A DNA stretch of 64,000 bases from an uncultured Fibrobacterota bacterium (lineage in GTDB: Bacteria; Fibrobacterota; OXYB2-FULL-49-7; JAEUSG01). The DNA is taken from NCBI GenBank assembly GCA_964590225.1, contig CAZPWS010000013.1, positions 2,110-66,109 on the forward strand, read 5' to 3'. The notes beneath the pieces were generated by a model. That model had not been told where the DNA came from, did not search any database, and saw only the letters and a program-made list of their open reading frames with translations. The translations under genes and the position numbers were made by a program. Shown here piece by piece: positions 10,003 to 18,982 of this stretch (the first letter of the stretch is position 1; each line of letters begins with the position of its first letter).

Positions 10003-10711
10003 GAAAGTTCTTATTATTCTTCCAACCTATAATGAAAAAGAAAATCTTGAGCTAATTTCGGCAGCCATACTCAAGCAGATGCCTTATGCAAACATTCTTG
10101 TTGTTGATGATAATTCTCCGGATGGCACCGGTATGATTGCAGACAAGCTTGCCGAAAGCGACAAACGGGTTTTTGTTATTCATAGAGTGAGAAAAGAGGG
10201 GCTTGGACGGGCATATCTTGCCGGCTTCAGATGGGGAATAGAAAGGAATTATGATTTTTTATTTGAAATGGATGCTGATTTTTCGCATGATCCACGATAT
10301 CTCCCTGTTATGCTCGATGCCGCTAAAGAAGCCGACTTGGTAATAGGTTCTCGTTATGTGCAGGGAGTTAATGTTGTTAATTGGCCAATGTCAAGGCTTT
10401 TATTAAGCTGGGGCGGTAATCAGTATGTAAGATGGATTATAGGTCTTCCAGTAGCGGATGCTACCGCCGGATTTAAATGCTTCAGGCGGACAAAACTCGA
10501 AAAAATTGATTTTACAAAAATAGGAAGCAGCGGATACTCTTTTCAGATTGAAATGAACTATCATTTCTGGAAAAAAGCGATGCTGATTAAGGAAGTCCCT
10601 ATAATTTTTACTGAAAGGGAACGGGGCGTTTCCAAGATGTCAACAGGTATTATTAAGGAGGCTCTTCTCCTTCTGTGGAAACTTAAAATCAGAAGCCTTT
10701 TCAGGAAATAA
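9995..10711 (+). CDS. polyprenol/dolichol-phosphate mannosyltransferase-like GT2 (Ppm1/DPM1/GtrB-like)
   Basis: LIILPTYNEKENL, VVDDNSPDGTG and MDADFSHDP motifs. ATG at 9995 overlaps the upstream stop by 8 nt. Confidence 0.8.
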   Translation: MNEKVLIILPTYNEKENLELISAAILKQMPYANILVVDDNSPDGTGMIADKLAESDKRVFVIHRVRKEGLGRAYLAGFRWGIERNYDFLFEMDADFSHDPRYLPVMLDAAKEADLVIGSRYVQGVNVVNWPMSRLLLSWGGNQYVRWIIGLPVADATAGFKCFRRTKLEKIDFTKIGSSGYSFQIEMNYHFWKKAMLIKEVPIIFTERERGVSKMSTGIIKEALLLLWKLKIRSLFRK

Positions 10712-10716
10712 CAGGA

Positions 10717-12336
10717 ATGGAAAAACTGGATTGTCCGCAACTTTCTGTAATTATTGTCAGTTGGAATGTGTCCGGGTTTCTCAACCATTGTCTTGATTCT
10801 GTAATTCGTGCCTGTACTGATATCCAGTTTGAGATTATCGTAGTCGATAACGCCTCTACAGATGGCACAGCCGAGATGATAAAGGCCAAATATCCATCGG
10901 TAAAATTGATTGAAAACGCAGAAAATGTGGGTTACAGTAAAGCAAATAATCAGGGAATAATGTTTAGCCGCGGCAGATATACTCTTTTCCTGAATCCCGA
11001 CACTATCCTTCCGCGGGACGCACTTCGCCTATCCATTGACTATATGGAGCAAAACAGACTTGTTGGAGCGATGAGCCTGAAACTTGTTGATGCAGACGGT
11101 TCTTTTCAGGCGGCTTGCCGGAGAAGTTTCCCCACCCCATCAACGGCCTTTTACCGCATGACAGGTTTGTCGTCCCTTTTTCCCCGAAGCAAACGGTTCG
11201 GAAAGTACAATCTTACATTTCTTGACGAAGATGAGACAATGGCTGTGGACGCCATCTGTGGCGCTTATATGATGGTTCGGCACGAAATACTTCAGCATAC
11301 CGGAGGCTTTGACGAATCTTTTTTTATGTACGGAGAGGATATCGATCTGTGCTGGAGAATCCGAAAAGCAGGCTATGAAATAATTTACCATCCCATTGCG
11401 GAGATAATTCACTTCAAGGGTGAAAGTAGCAAAAAGAATAGGTTTAGGAGCGCCCTTAATTTTTACAATTCAATGTTCATCTTCTCAAAGAAATATTTCT
11501 CAGAAAAGATGACTTTTATGCCAAGAAGCATTCTTTTTATTGGTATCTTTTTTAACGCGATTGTGAAAGCTCCTGCAGAATGGTTTTTACGCTATTTCGC
11601 CATTCCTGTTGACTTATTAATAGTGAATCTTGTCCTTCTGGGGTTTTTATCTATAAAAACAGGTGGCGCTGGTAACTTTTATTTAAATATTGATTTCAAA
11701 TGGACACTTCTTCTGCATTTTTGCATATCATCCGCATACGGTTTATCTCTCCACTTTCATGGCGCTTATTCCGGCAAACCAAAAAGTGTTGTTGAGTATA
11801 TTCGTGCATTGGCAATAGCTACCCTCCTCTTTTTTTCGCTTGTCTATTTTATTCCCTATGTCCGCTTTTCTCGTGCTGCCTTCACGGCTACAGGCGTCTC
11901 TCTTTTGGCACTAATACCTGGTTGGCGCTTCCTTTTCTCACGGACAGCCCTTAAACTGTACTCGCCTATTGCGCGAAAAAGAAGGGTACTAATAGTGGGG
12001 TGTGGAGATTTGGCTGTAAGTGTACACAATCGGCTTTTACAAGATGTTGATTACCATAAAGGATTTGTTGGATTTGTTAATGCAAATGTTCCCGATAAAA
12101 AAGTAGAGGTACCGGCAAAAATAATCGGTACACTGGATGAAATAGAGGCTCTTGTTAGTCAGCATAAAATAACTGAACTTGTACTGGCAACAAAGGAACG
12201 AGATAACTTTGACTTAGTGAAACTTATTAACTATTGCGGAAAAAACCATATTAACATGAAAATTGTGGAAGGTATCGCCGAAAAGAACCGCTTTTACCTA
12301 CTTGATGTGGACTTATCAGAAAATTTTGTATTATGA
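10717..12336 (+). CDS. GT2 glycosyltransferase fused to TM segments and a Rossmann-like module resembling the N-terminal part of polyprenyl glycosylphosphotransferases
   Basis: The N-terminus has SVIIVSWN, VVDNASTDGT, LNPDT and YGEDIDLCWR, as in a WbbL-like GT2. The C-terminus has RRVLIVGCGDLA...ITELVLAT, as in the CoA-binding-like domain of WcaJ/EPS PGTs. It stops before any Bac_transf catalytic domain. Confidence 0.7.
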   Translation: MEKLDCPQLSVIIVSWNVSGFLNHCLDSVIRACTDIQFEIIVVDNASTDGTAEMIKAKYPSVKLIENAENVGYSKANNQGIMFSRGRYTLFLNPDTILPRDALRLSIDYMEQNRLVGAMSLKLVDADGSFQAACRRSFPTPSTAFYRMTGLSSLFPRSKRFGKYNLTFLDEDETMAVDAICGAYMMVRHEILQHTGGFDESFFMYGEDIDLCWRIRKAGYEIIYHPIAEIIHFKGESSKKNRFRSALNFYNSMFIFSKKYFSEKMTFMPRSILFIGIFFNAIVKAPAEWFLRYFAIPVDLLIVNLVLLGFLSIKTGGAGNFYLNIDFKWTLLLHFCISSAYGLSLHFHGAYSGKPKSVVEYIRALAIATLLFFSLVYFIPYVRFSRAAFTATGVSLLALIPGWRFLFSRTALKLYSPIARKRRVLIVGCGDLAVSVHNRLLQDVDYHKGFVGFVNANVPDKKVEVPAKIIGTLDEIEALVSQHKITELVLATKERDNFDLVKLINYCGKNHINMKIVEGIAEKNRFYLLDVDLSENFVL

Positions 12337-12346
12337 ATGTGAGCAG

Positions 12347-13483
12347 ATGATAAAAACGATTTATTTTATTTCTGGTTTTGCTCTTTTTTACATCTATATC
12401 GGTTATGCTGTGGTTCTTTACATCTACGGCTTATTTACGAAAAAAAACAGATTTACTGATGATGAATACAAGCCCTTTGTCACGCTTATTATTCCTGCTC
12501 ATAATGAAGCTGATTGCATTGAAAATAAAATAAAAAACGCCATTGGAATCGATTACGATAAGGATAAACTGGAAATAATTGTTGCTTCCGATGCTTCCAC
12601 TGACAATACAGTTCAACTCGCCAAAAGAATGTCTCCGGAAATAAAGGTGCTGGATTTTGCAGAACGATCGGGCAAAATGGGTACTGTTAATAAAGCAGTA
12701 AAAGAAGCTTCTGGAGAAATAATTATTTTAACTGACGCCAACTCCCTGTTTGCAAGCTATACCGTAAGGCAACTTGTCAGGCATTTCATAAATCCTCTTG
12801 TGGGATGTGTCGGCGGAGCAAAAATAATCCGAAATGCCCCGTCAGCAATCAACTCTACCGGAATGGGCGAGGGTCGTTACTGGAAATACGAAACAGTATT
12901 AAAAACAATCGAATCGCGTACCGGGTCATGTGTTGGTGTGGACGGATCCATATATGCTGTGAGGCGTAGCATATATCCCTTTCCTCCCACAGATCGCATT
13001 ATAATGGACGATCTCGCCGTATCGCTTATGGTGATTAAAAGTGGTTTCGAATGCATCTTTGAGCCTAATGCCAGGGCTTTTGAAGAGAGTTCGGAAAAAG
13101 TAAAAGACGAATTTATTAGAAAAGCAAGAATATTTGCCGGTGCATTTTCACTTTTTGTCGCCAAGCCTAACTTGTTGCTTTCAAACATATTTTTAAAGCT
13201 ACTGTCGCATAAAATTCTCAGGTGGTTAACACTTCTATTTCAGATTTCATTGTTCTTAAGTTCCTATTTTTTAAGACATGATGTTAGCGTAAGACCGATA
13301 TTTGGAATTCAGGTTGTTTTTTACGGTTGCGTAGCCATTGGATTTCTTCTCGATAAAATCGGGGCTAGGCTACCTATTTTCCATGCGCCATATTATTTTA
13401 CAATGACAACAGTGGCACAACTTTACGGTTTTATTTTCTATATAAGGAACAGACGAAAAGCTTCGTGGGAAAGAAGAAGGTGA
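12347..13483 (+). CDS. membrane GT2 glycosyltransferase (cellulose/PNAG-synthase-like architecture)
   Basis: N-terminal TM, then LIIPAHNE, VASDASTDNT and TDANS motifs and C-terminal TM helices. I prefer the ATG at 12347 over the track start at 12263, which overlaps the upstream gene. Confidence 0.75.
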   Translation: MIKTIYFISGFALFYIYIGYAVVLYIYGLFTKKNRFTDDEYKPFVTLIIPAHNEADCIENKIKNAIGIDYDKDKLEIIVASDASTDNTVQLAKRMSPEIKVLDFAERSGKMGTVNKAVKEASGEIIILTDANSLFASYTVRQLVRHFINPLVGCVGGAKIIRNAPSAINSTGMGEGRYWKYETVLKTIESRTGSCVGVDGSIYAVRRSIYPFPPTDRIIMDDLAVSLMVIKSGFECIFEPNARAFEESSEKVKDEFIRKARIFAGAFSLFVAKPNLLLSNIFLKLLSHKILRWLTLLFQISLFLSSYFLRHDVSVRPIFGIQVVFYGCVAIGFLLDKIGARLPIFHAPYYFTMTTVAQLYGFIFYIRNRRKASWERRR

Positions 13484-13486
13484 TAA

Positions 13487-15409
13487 ATGAACCCTAAAAA
13501 GACACTCGCTTTTCAGTTTCTTATGCTTTTTCTTACTTTATTAGCTCTTTATATAGGAATCAGATTATGGTCTATTGGACCACTAAAAGAAAAACTTATT
13601 TCACAAAGAGAAAGCATTATAAACCTTTCTCTATCTGAACTACAGTCAATAATAATATCCGGAAATTTTGAGGAACCAAAAGTAATGATTGGTGCTATTG
13701 CCCAGCATTACAGGGGGCGTTTTTCAATCTTGCGAATCGCAATTCTTGATACAAAAGGTAGGATTCTTTCGTCAACGGAAGGTGATACAAAGAATGTTGC
13801 AGAACACACACCGGAAGTTCTCAATTCACTTAATGCACGAAATAACATGTTTTACTTTTCAGATAAGGATAACGCTTTAAACTTTTTGGTTTCAGATCCC
13901 ACTGTTAATGCTTCACGAGGAGGAATATTAATTTCTTTTTCGGTATCAGATCTTAATAATACGATAAACACTATGGCTTTTCGTACCACCATTGTAGCCT
14001 TTGTTGTAATTTTGCTACTATTTATCTTTGAGATAATAAGATTTCACTCACTTGCAACCACATGCACGGAACTGCAAAAAGGTTTCTCACTTCTAAAGGA
14101 TGGCATTCATTCCTTCGATCCTAATAGTGGCAAGAAAGGTCCAAACAGCCAGCTGATTACAGATTTCAGAAACGCTGTTATAGCAGAAAAGGAAAGAGAT
14201 AACGAAAGAAATAAACTAATAGAAAAATCTAAAGCTATCGCTGTAATTAAAGACAAAGAGCAGCTTTTCTCTGTTCTTTTTAATGAAATGGAGGCTCTGC
14301 TCGGTGTTGACAAACAGATAGCCATGGAAATAGACGACGAAACTCTTGTAATTGCAGCAGAAAGGGGACATGGCGCATCTCTTATTGCTCCTGGCGAAAA
14401 GTACTCGGCTTGTGAGGATGTTTTTAATGAAGTACTGGAGTTTGGCAGACCGCTTACAATAGAAGAACCGTCTGAAATCCGGCTAAATCTTAACTACATG
14501 ACGATTATAGCTCAATCAGGTTATTCGGTTTTATTTCCTCTCACGCTCGGTAACGAAGTTGTAGGAATCTTACATGTTTCCCGTTCCAGGGAAAAAGGAC
14601 GGTTGTCCCCAAGTGAAATCGAAAAGGGAATGATTCTTATAGGTGGTGCATCCATTGCCCTGCTTCACGAAACTTTTCCAGATGATTCCTTTATACCCCA
14701 TAATACTAATCGCAACGAATGTATTGCGGTTAAACCATTTGGCGAACTCAAAAGGATGTCAGCCTCCTCAATATTTATTGGCGTCGATAAGCATGGAGCG
14801 TGGGCCGAATGGTTTCATCTTGGAAGCGAGAGTGGCACTGATGCCACATTTATCTGTGTTTCTTCTCCGAACTCCCGTTTAAAGGGTGTTCTACGACATA
14901 AAATGGACGGTATATTAGCGGTGACCTCACGGCTTAAGCGCCAAATAGGTAATCTTTCTTTGTTCTCTCTTTCTGCTATTACTAAAATGCCAAATGGTTC
15001 TGAAAAAGAGAAGCTTGTAGAACTATTTAAAACGAACCCATTCTCTTTAGAAGGTATCGATGCTCTCATTAAAAGTTCTCTTGGAAATGAAGCGGCGGCA
15101 GTTAGTATCGACATCTTCCGTTTTGACACAAAAAGGATGATTATCCGTTCGCTGTCGAATAATTTTTCTTTGTTCGCAATAGACAACAGGTGGACAGCCC
15201 TTATTGATAATTTTCCAGCCGCAATAAAGAAAGAGACGGTTTATGCGCTATTACCTCATGACATAATACATAAGGATGACCTATCAACAGGTTTCATGCA
15301 GGACGACCTGACAACATTTTTAACCAATATGAGAATAAAGGCCTCGGTGGAAGAGGCTATTTTATCGAAGATAGCAGCTCCCGCTGCACTCGCAGTGGTT
15401 GTTTCATGA
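13487..15409 (+). CDS. membrane sensor protein: TM, periplasmic domain, TM, GAF-like domain, then a divergent SpoIIE/PP2C-like C-terminal region
   Basis: TM segments at about aa 8-28 and 166-186. GAF-like pattern SVLFPLTLGNEVVGILHVSR. The C-terminal GVDKHGAWAE and FRFDTKRMIIRSLSN blocks loosely resemble SpoIIE motifs. No kinase or GGDEF output domain. Confidence 0.45.
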   Translation: MNPKKTLAFQFLMLFLTLLALYIGIRLWSIGPLKEKLISQRESIINLSLSELQSIIISGNFEEPKVMIGAIAQHYRGRFSILRIAILDTKGRILSSTEGDTKNVAEHTPEVLNSLNARNNMFYFSDKDNALNFLVSDPTVNASRGGILISFSVSDLNNTINTMAFRTTIVAFVVILLLFIFEIIRFHSLATTCTELQKGFSLLKDGIHSFDPNSGKKGPNSQLITDFRNAVIAEKERDNERNKLIEKSKAIAVIKDKEQLFSVLFNEMEALLGVDKQIAMEIDDETLVIAAERGHGASLIAPGEKYSACEDVFNEVLEFGRPLTIEEPSEIRLNLNYMTIIAQSGYSVLFPLTLGNEVVGILHVSRSREKGRLSPSEIEKGMILIGGASIALLHETFPDDSFIPHNTNRNECIAVKPFGELKRMSASSIFIGVDKHGAWAEWFHLGSESGTDATFICVSSPNSRLKGVLRHKMDGILAVTSRLKRQIGNLSLFSLSAITKMPNGSEKEKLVELFKTNPFSLEGIDALIKSSLGNEAAAVSIDIFRFDTKRMIIRSLSNNFSLFAIDNRWTALIDNFPAAIKKETVYALLPHDIIHKDDLSTGFMQDDLTTFLTNMRIKASVEEAILSKIAAPAALAVVVS

Positions 15410-16269
15410 ACCAAACTTCGAGTTACTTGAATCTCCTTGGCGCACATGTTTCTACTTCTGGTGGCGTTCACAATGCTCCCCTAAATGGGGCTGCGATTGG
15501 TTGCAACGCTATACAAATTTTCGCAAAAAATCAGCGGCAATGGGCAGCTAAGCCACTTACCGAAGATGAGGTGGTACAGTATCATAAAAACTTAGCTGCT
15601 ACGAAAATTAAATTCACTGTTTCGCATGATTCTTATCTGATAAATATGGCCTCGCCAGATAGGGCGATGGTGCAAAAATCAAAAATAGCTTTTGCCGATG
15701 AAATCAGGCGGGCAGTAGCTTTAAAACTTGACGGGATTGTTTTTCATCCCGGCTCCCACATGGGTGCCGGTGAAGAAAAGGGTATCGCCACTATTGTTCA
15801 ATCTCTTAATGAAGTAGTTGATTCAATGGCGACAGTACCTCTATTGTTAATAGAAACCACTGCCGGACAAGGCACAAACCTTGGTTGGCGTTTTGAACAT
15901 ATTCGTGACATTCTTTCTGGCATAAAGGCACAAAGTTGTTTCGGTGTTTGTGTCGATACCTGCCATATATTCGGTGCCGGCTATTCTCTTGTTGAAAAAG
16001 AGCTGTATGATGAGTCGTTCAGGCGTTTCAATGAAATAATCGGTATCGCAAAAATTCACTGCTTTCATGTTAATGACAGTAAGCAGCCTCTTTCTTCCAG
16101 AAAAGATAGACACGATAATATTGGCAACGGACTTATTGGAAAAAAGGCTTTTAGCCGTTTGATGAATGATAGCCGTTTTATCAATATTCCTAAGATTCTT
16201 GAAACACCAGGCGGCGATGAATGGTATAGGAAAGACCTTGCTTTCTTAAGATCGCTTATAACTATCTGA
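15406..16269 (+). CDS. nfo: endonuclease IV (AP endonuclease)
   Basis: LGAHVSTSGG, FHPGSHMG and ETTAGQGT motifs. ATGA overlap with the upstream gene. Confidence 0.9.
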   Translation: MNQTSSYLNLLGAHVSTSGGVHNAPLNGAAIGCNAIQIFAKNQRQWAAKPLTEDEVVQYHKNLAATKIKFTVSHDSYLINMASPDRAMVQKSKIAFADEIRRAVALKLDGIVFHPGSHMGAGEEKGIATIVQSLNEVVDSMATVPLLLIETTAGQGTNLGWRFEHIRDILSGIKAQSCFGVCVDTCHIFGAGYSLVEKELYDESFRRFNEIIGIAKIHCFHVNDSKQPLSSRKDRHDNIGNGLIGKKAFSRLMNDSRFINIPKILETPGGDEWYRKDLAFLRSLITI

Positions 16270-16281
16270 AAGGTTTATAAC

Positions 16282-17586
16282 ATGACACAATTGGAATCTG
16301 CCCGCAAACAAATTATCACTCCTGAGATGGACTATGTGGCTAAGCGAGAGCATCTTCCCCCTTCGTTTATACGGGACGAAATTGCTAAGGGAAGACTTAT
16401 AATAACAGCTAACCCTGCTCACAGAAAACTGCAACCAACAGCCATAGGGCGTGAGGTTTGTTGTAAAATCAATGCGAACATCGGAAACTCCTCTCTTCTT
16501 TCCAATTTAAGTGGAGAGATTGAAAAGCTTAATCGATGTGTAAAATATGGTGCTGACGCAGTAATGGATTTGTCAACAGGAGGTGAAATCAATGAGATTA
16601 GAGGGGCTATTCTCGAAAATTCCACTATTCCGCTCGGAACAGTTCCTGTTTATGAAGCACTCGCATCCTCACGAGATTTTCTTAATCTTACAGAGGAGTC
16701 TATTTTACGCGTAATTAAGGGTCAAGCAGAACAAGGTGTTGATTTCATGACTATTCACTGTGGACTTTTGCGTGAGCACCTTCCTCTTGCATGTAAACGA
16801 CTTACACGAATCGTAAGCCGTGGAGGCTCAATTGTAGCCCGCTGGATGGCCTACCACGAACGCGAGAATCCGTTTTACACCCGATTTGACGATATTCTTG
16901 ACATATGTCGCTCCCACGATGTCTCTCTCTCGCTCGGTGATGGTCTTCGTCCTGGCTCTCAGGCTGATGCATCCGATGCTGCCCAGTTTGCCGAACTCGA
17001 TATACTTGGGGATCTAACACTTCGAGCATGGGATAAAGGGGTGCAGGTTATGATTGAGGGGCCTGGCCATATCCCGTTCAATGAAATAGAAATGAATATG
17101 AAACGGCAGGAGAGCGTTTGTCATGGAGCGCCTTTCTACGTGCTTGGACCTATTGTTACTGATATTGCCCCTGGCTATGACCATATAACTGCTGCCATAG
17201 GCGGTACTATGGCTGGTTTTCATGGTGCTTCAATGCTCTGCTATGTTACCCCAAGAGAACACTTAGGGTTACCTGACGCCGAAGATGTAAGACATGGAAT
17301 TATTGCTTTCAAGATAGCTGCCCATGCAGTTGATATTGCCAAAAAACGGCCAAGATGCCGTGAACGGGACGATGAAATGTCTAAGGCCCGCTATGATTTT
17401 GACTGGGAAAAACAGTTTTCACTATCACTGGATCCGGAGAAGGCAAGGGAACTCTATCTCAAAAATCATGGTACAGAAGAAGACAAAAATAATAAACATA
17501 AAATAGAACAATACTGCACCATGTGCGGTCCCGACTTTTGCGCAATGAAAAACAGCTCGCTTGTCGATTCTCCATCAGTATCTTGA
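16282..17586 (+). CDS. thiC: phosphomethylpyrimidine synthase (radical-SAM ThiC, short form)
   Basis: 434 aa. MIEGPGH motif and a C-terminal [12 protein letters not shown] cluster motif. Confidence 0.9.
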   Translation: MTQLESARKQIITPEMDYVAKREHLPPSFIRDEIAKGRLIITANPAHRKLQPTAIGREVCCKINANIGNSSLLSNLSGEIEKLNRCVKYGADAVMDLSTGGEINEIRGAILENSTIPLGTVPVYEALASSRDFLNLTEESILRVIKGQAEQGVDFMTIHCGLLREHLPLACKRLTRIVSRGGSIVARWMAYHERENPFYTRFDDILDICRSHDVSLSLGDGLRPGSQADASDAAQFAELDILGDLTLRAWDKGVQVMIEGPGHIPFNEIEMNMKRQESVCHGAPFYVLGPIVTDIAPGYDHITAAIGGTMAGFHGASMLCYVTPREHLGLPDAEDVRHGIIAFKIAAHAVDIAKKRPRCRERDDEMSKARYDFDWEKQFSLSLDPEKARELYLKNHGTEEDKNNKHKIEQYCTMCGPDFCAMKNSSLVDSPSVS

Positions 17587-17633
17587 ATTCTGGCATTTAG
17601 TGCGGTAATTTAAACCCCATGGGTTATTTAGCG

Positions 17634-18065
17634 TCAGAAGTCAGGATTTTTAGCAGCGTAGTTTTTCCGTTCAATAGTTTCCTTCATCTCACTTGTTAAT
17701 GTTTTTAATTTTATGAGATGCATTGATACCACTATGGCAATTAACAGGAGAATTATTCTTATCCACAACAATGAAACTATGAATAAAATTGAATAGAGTA
17801 TAAACACCCAAAGAAAAAACAGCGAAACTGCCTTTGCTCTACCTGACACTGCCCCAAACTTCTGGTATGCCAAGATGTAATTCCCAAAAACACGATGGCG
17901 CATTAGCCATGAATTCATTTTATCCGAACTACGCATAAAACAGGCGGACGCAAGCAGCAAAAACGGCGTTGTAGGAAGCAAAGGAATCACGATTCCAACA
18001 ATACCCAATAACAGTGCAACAATACCTGTGACCAACAAAGCAAGTCTTTTCACATTTACTATCAA
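17634..18065 (-). CDS. DUF454 (YbaN-like) inner-membrane protein
   Basis: LLPTTPFLLLASACFMRSS motif and about 4 TM segments. The track start is TTG; a GVG at codon 5 is not excluded, specifically a GTG start there. Confidence 0.75.
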   Translation of the reverse strand: MIVNVKRLALLVTGIVALLLGIVGIVIPLLPTTPFLLLASACFMRSSDKMNSWLMRHRVFGNYILAYQKFGAVSGRAKAVSLFFLWVFILYSILFIVSLLWIRIILLLIAIVVSMHLIKLKTLTSEMKETIERKNYAAKNPDF

Positions 18066-18109
18066 CCTTCTATCAACAGTTTGATCTACTCTCTTGAGAC
18101 CGTCTCTGT

Positions 18110-18652
18110 TCAGGAAGTAGGTATAAAAATTTCGAACCGATCTTTCTTTGCCTTACAAACAGGACAAACTTCTGGAGGATTATCGCGAGCCGCGAGGTAG
18201 CCACATACTTTACAGCGCCATACAGGATATGGTAAATTTTGAGCGGTCATTTGCCCTTTCTCATTTACATCATGCTGTTTATTTTCCTGCTTGTCTGAGA
18301 TATTGGCTTTCGGAGGACGCCTTTCCGGAATGGAATGAGCCTCAACTTCACAAGACAATATTTTTTCGGAGACATAAAGACTACAATAGCAGCAGTCATG
18401 TTCTGCAAGATCAGCATCTCTATAATCACAGGGGCAAATAATATCGAGATCATCAGCCTGCGTGTCTCCAGCTCTGCGGCAGGGACACGCCCAGTAACCA
18501 TATCTTCGTTCGTTTATAAGTAGGCCTCTAATCAGATCCTTTGTAAACTCTTTGTCGGGATTAAGATGGTAACCACCCTCCTCCGCATCTCTATAAAGCC
18601 GCTGATAAACACGCTCAATTTCTGCGTCAGTAATTGTAATGTTATTATTCAT
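18110..18652 (-). CDS. ferredoxin:thioredoxin reductase catalytic-subunit-like protein fused to a C-terminal rubredoxin-type zinc/iron finger
   Basis: CPC-x14-CPC-x11-CCYC pattern (FTR CPC..CPC..CHC family, with Tyr in place of His), followed by CKVCGY...CPVC. ATG at 18652 overlaps the upstream stop by 8 nt. Confidence 0.7.
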   Translation of the reverse strand: MNNNITITDAEIERVYQRLYRDAEEGGYHLNPDKEFTKDLIRGLLINERRYGYWACPCRRAGDTQADDLDIICPCDYRDADLAEHDCCYCSLYVSEKILSCEVEAHSIPERRPPKANISDKQENKQHDVNEKGQMTAQNLPYPVWRCKVCGYLAARDNPPEVCPVCKAKKDRFEIFIPTS

Positions 18653-18932
18653 TTGGCTCAAGCGCCTTCATAAGATCGGCCGCGTTAAATCCTCTAAGCC
18701 CTTTCTGGTTATTTATTACTATTGTGGGAAACGAACCCGCAGGATTCCACTTCTTAACCTCTGCCATAGCTGTTTTATTTTCATCACTATCTAACAAATC
18801 AACATCAAGGAAAGAATAGGCAATTCCTTTTTCTTTTAAAAACTGTTTCGTTTTCTTACACCAGCCACATGTACTTAGAGCATAAATGACTATTTCACCT
18901 CTGTCTTCACCTGATATTTTTATCGCTTTCAT
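18645..18932 (-). CDS. glutaredoxin/NrdH-like small thiol-disulfide oxidoreductase (CGWC active site)
   Basis: 95 aa with IYALSTCGWCKKTKQFLKEKGIAY, a thioredoxin-fold signature. Confidence 0.75.
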   Translation of the reverse strand: MKAIKISGEDRGEIVIYALSTCGWCKKTKQFLKEKGIAYSFLDVDLLDSDENKTAMAEVKKWNPAGSFPTIVINNQKGLRGFNAADLMKALEPNE

Positions 18933-18982
18933 AGATAAATTTTTCCCGACTAAATTGATATTATAAACCTATATTATAAAAT

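Noticed and set aside
12263-12346. 5' extensions in the ORF track (for example 12263, 2705, 9968, 38359, 42698, 18661)
   Set aside because: These extensions start at TTG, GTG or an upstream ATG, overlap the preceding gene substantially, and precede an internal ATG that has a better SD or a canonical family N-terminus. The shorter coordinates were used.
16200-16281. Searched for a TPP (THI-box) riboswitch upstream of thiC
   Set aside because: Only 12 nt are non-coding, and no CUGAGA or GCCAGCG-like aptamer elements are seen in the nfo 3' end. The absence is reported as a finding rather than a feature.
17587-17633. Possible bidirectional terminator between the convergent thiC and DUF454 genes (AACCC-CAT-GGGTT)
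   Set aside because: Only a 5-bp stem with a 3-nt loop and no flanking U-runs, which is too weak to call.
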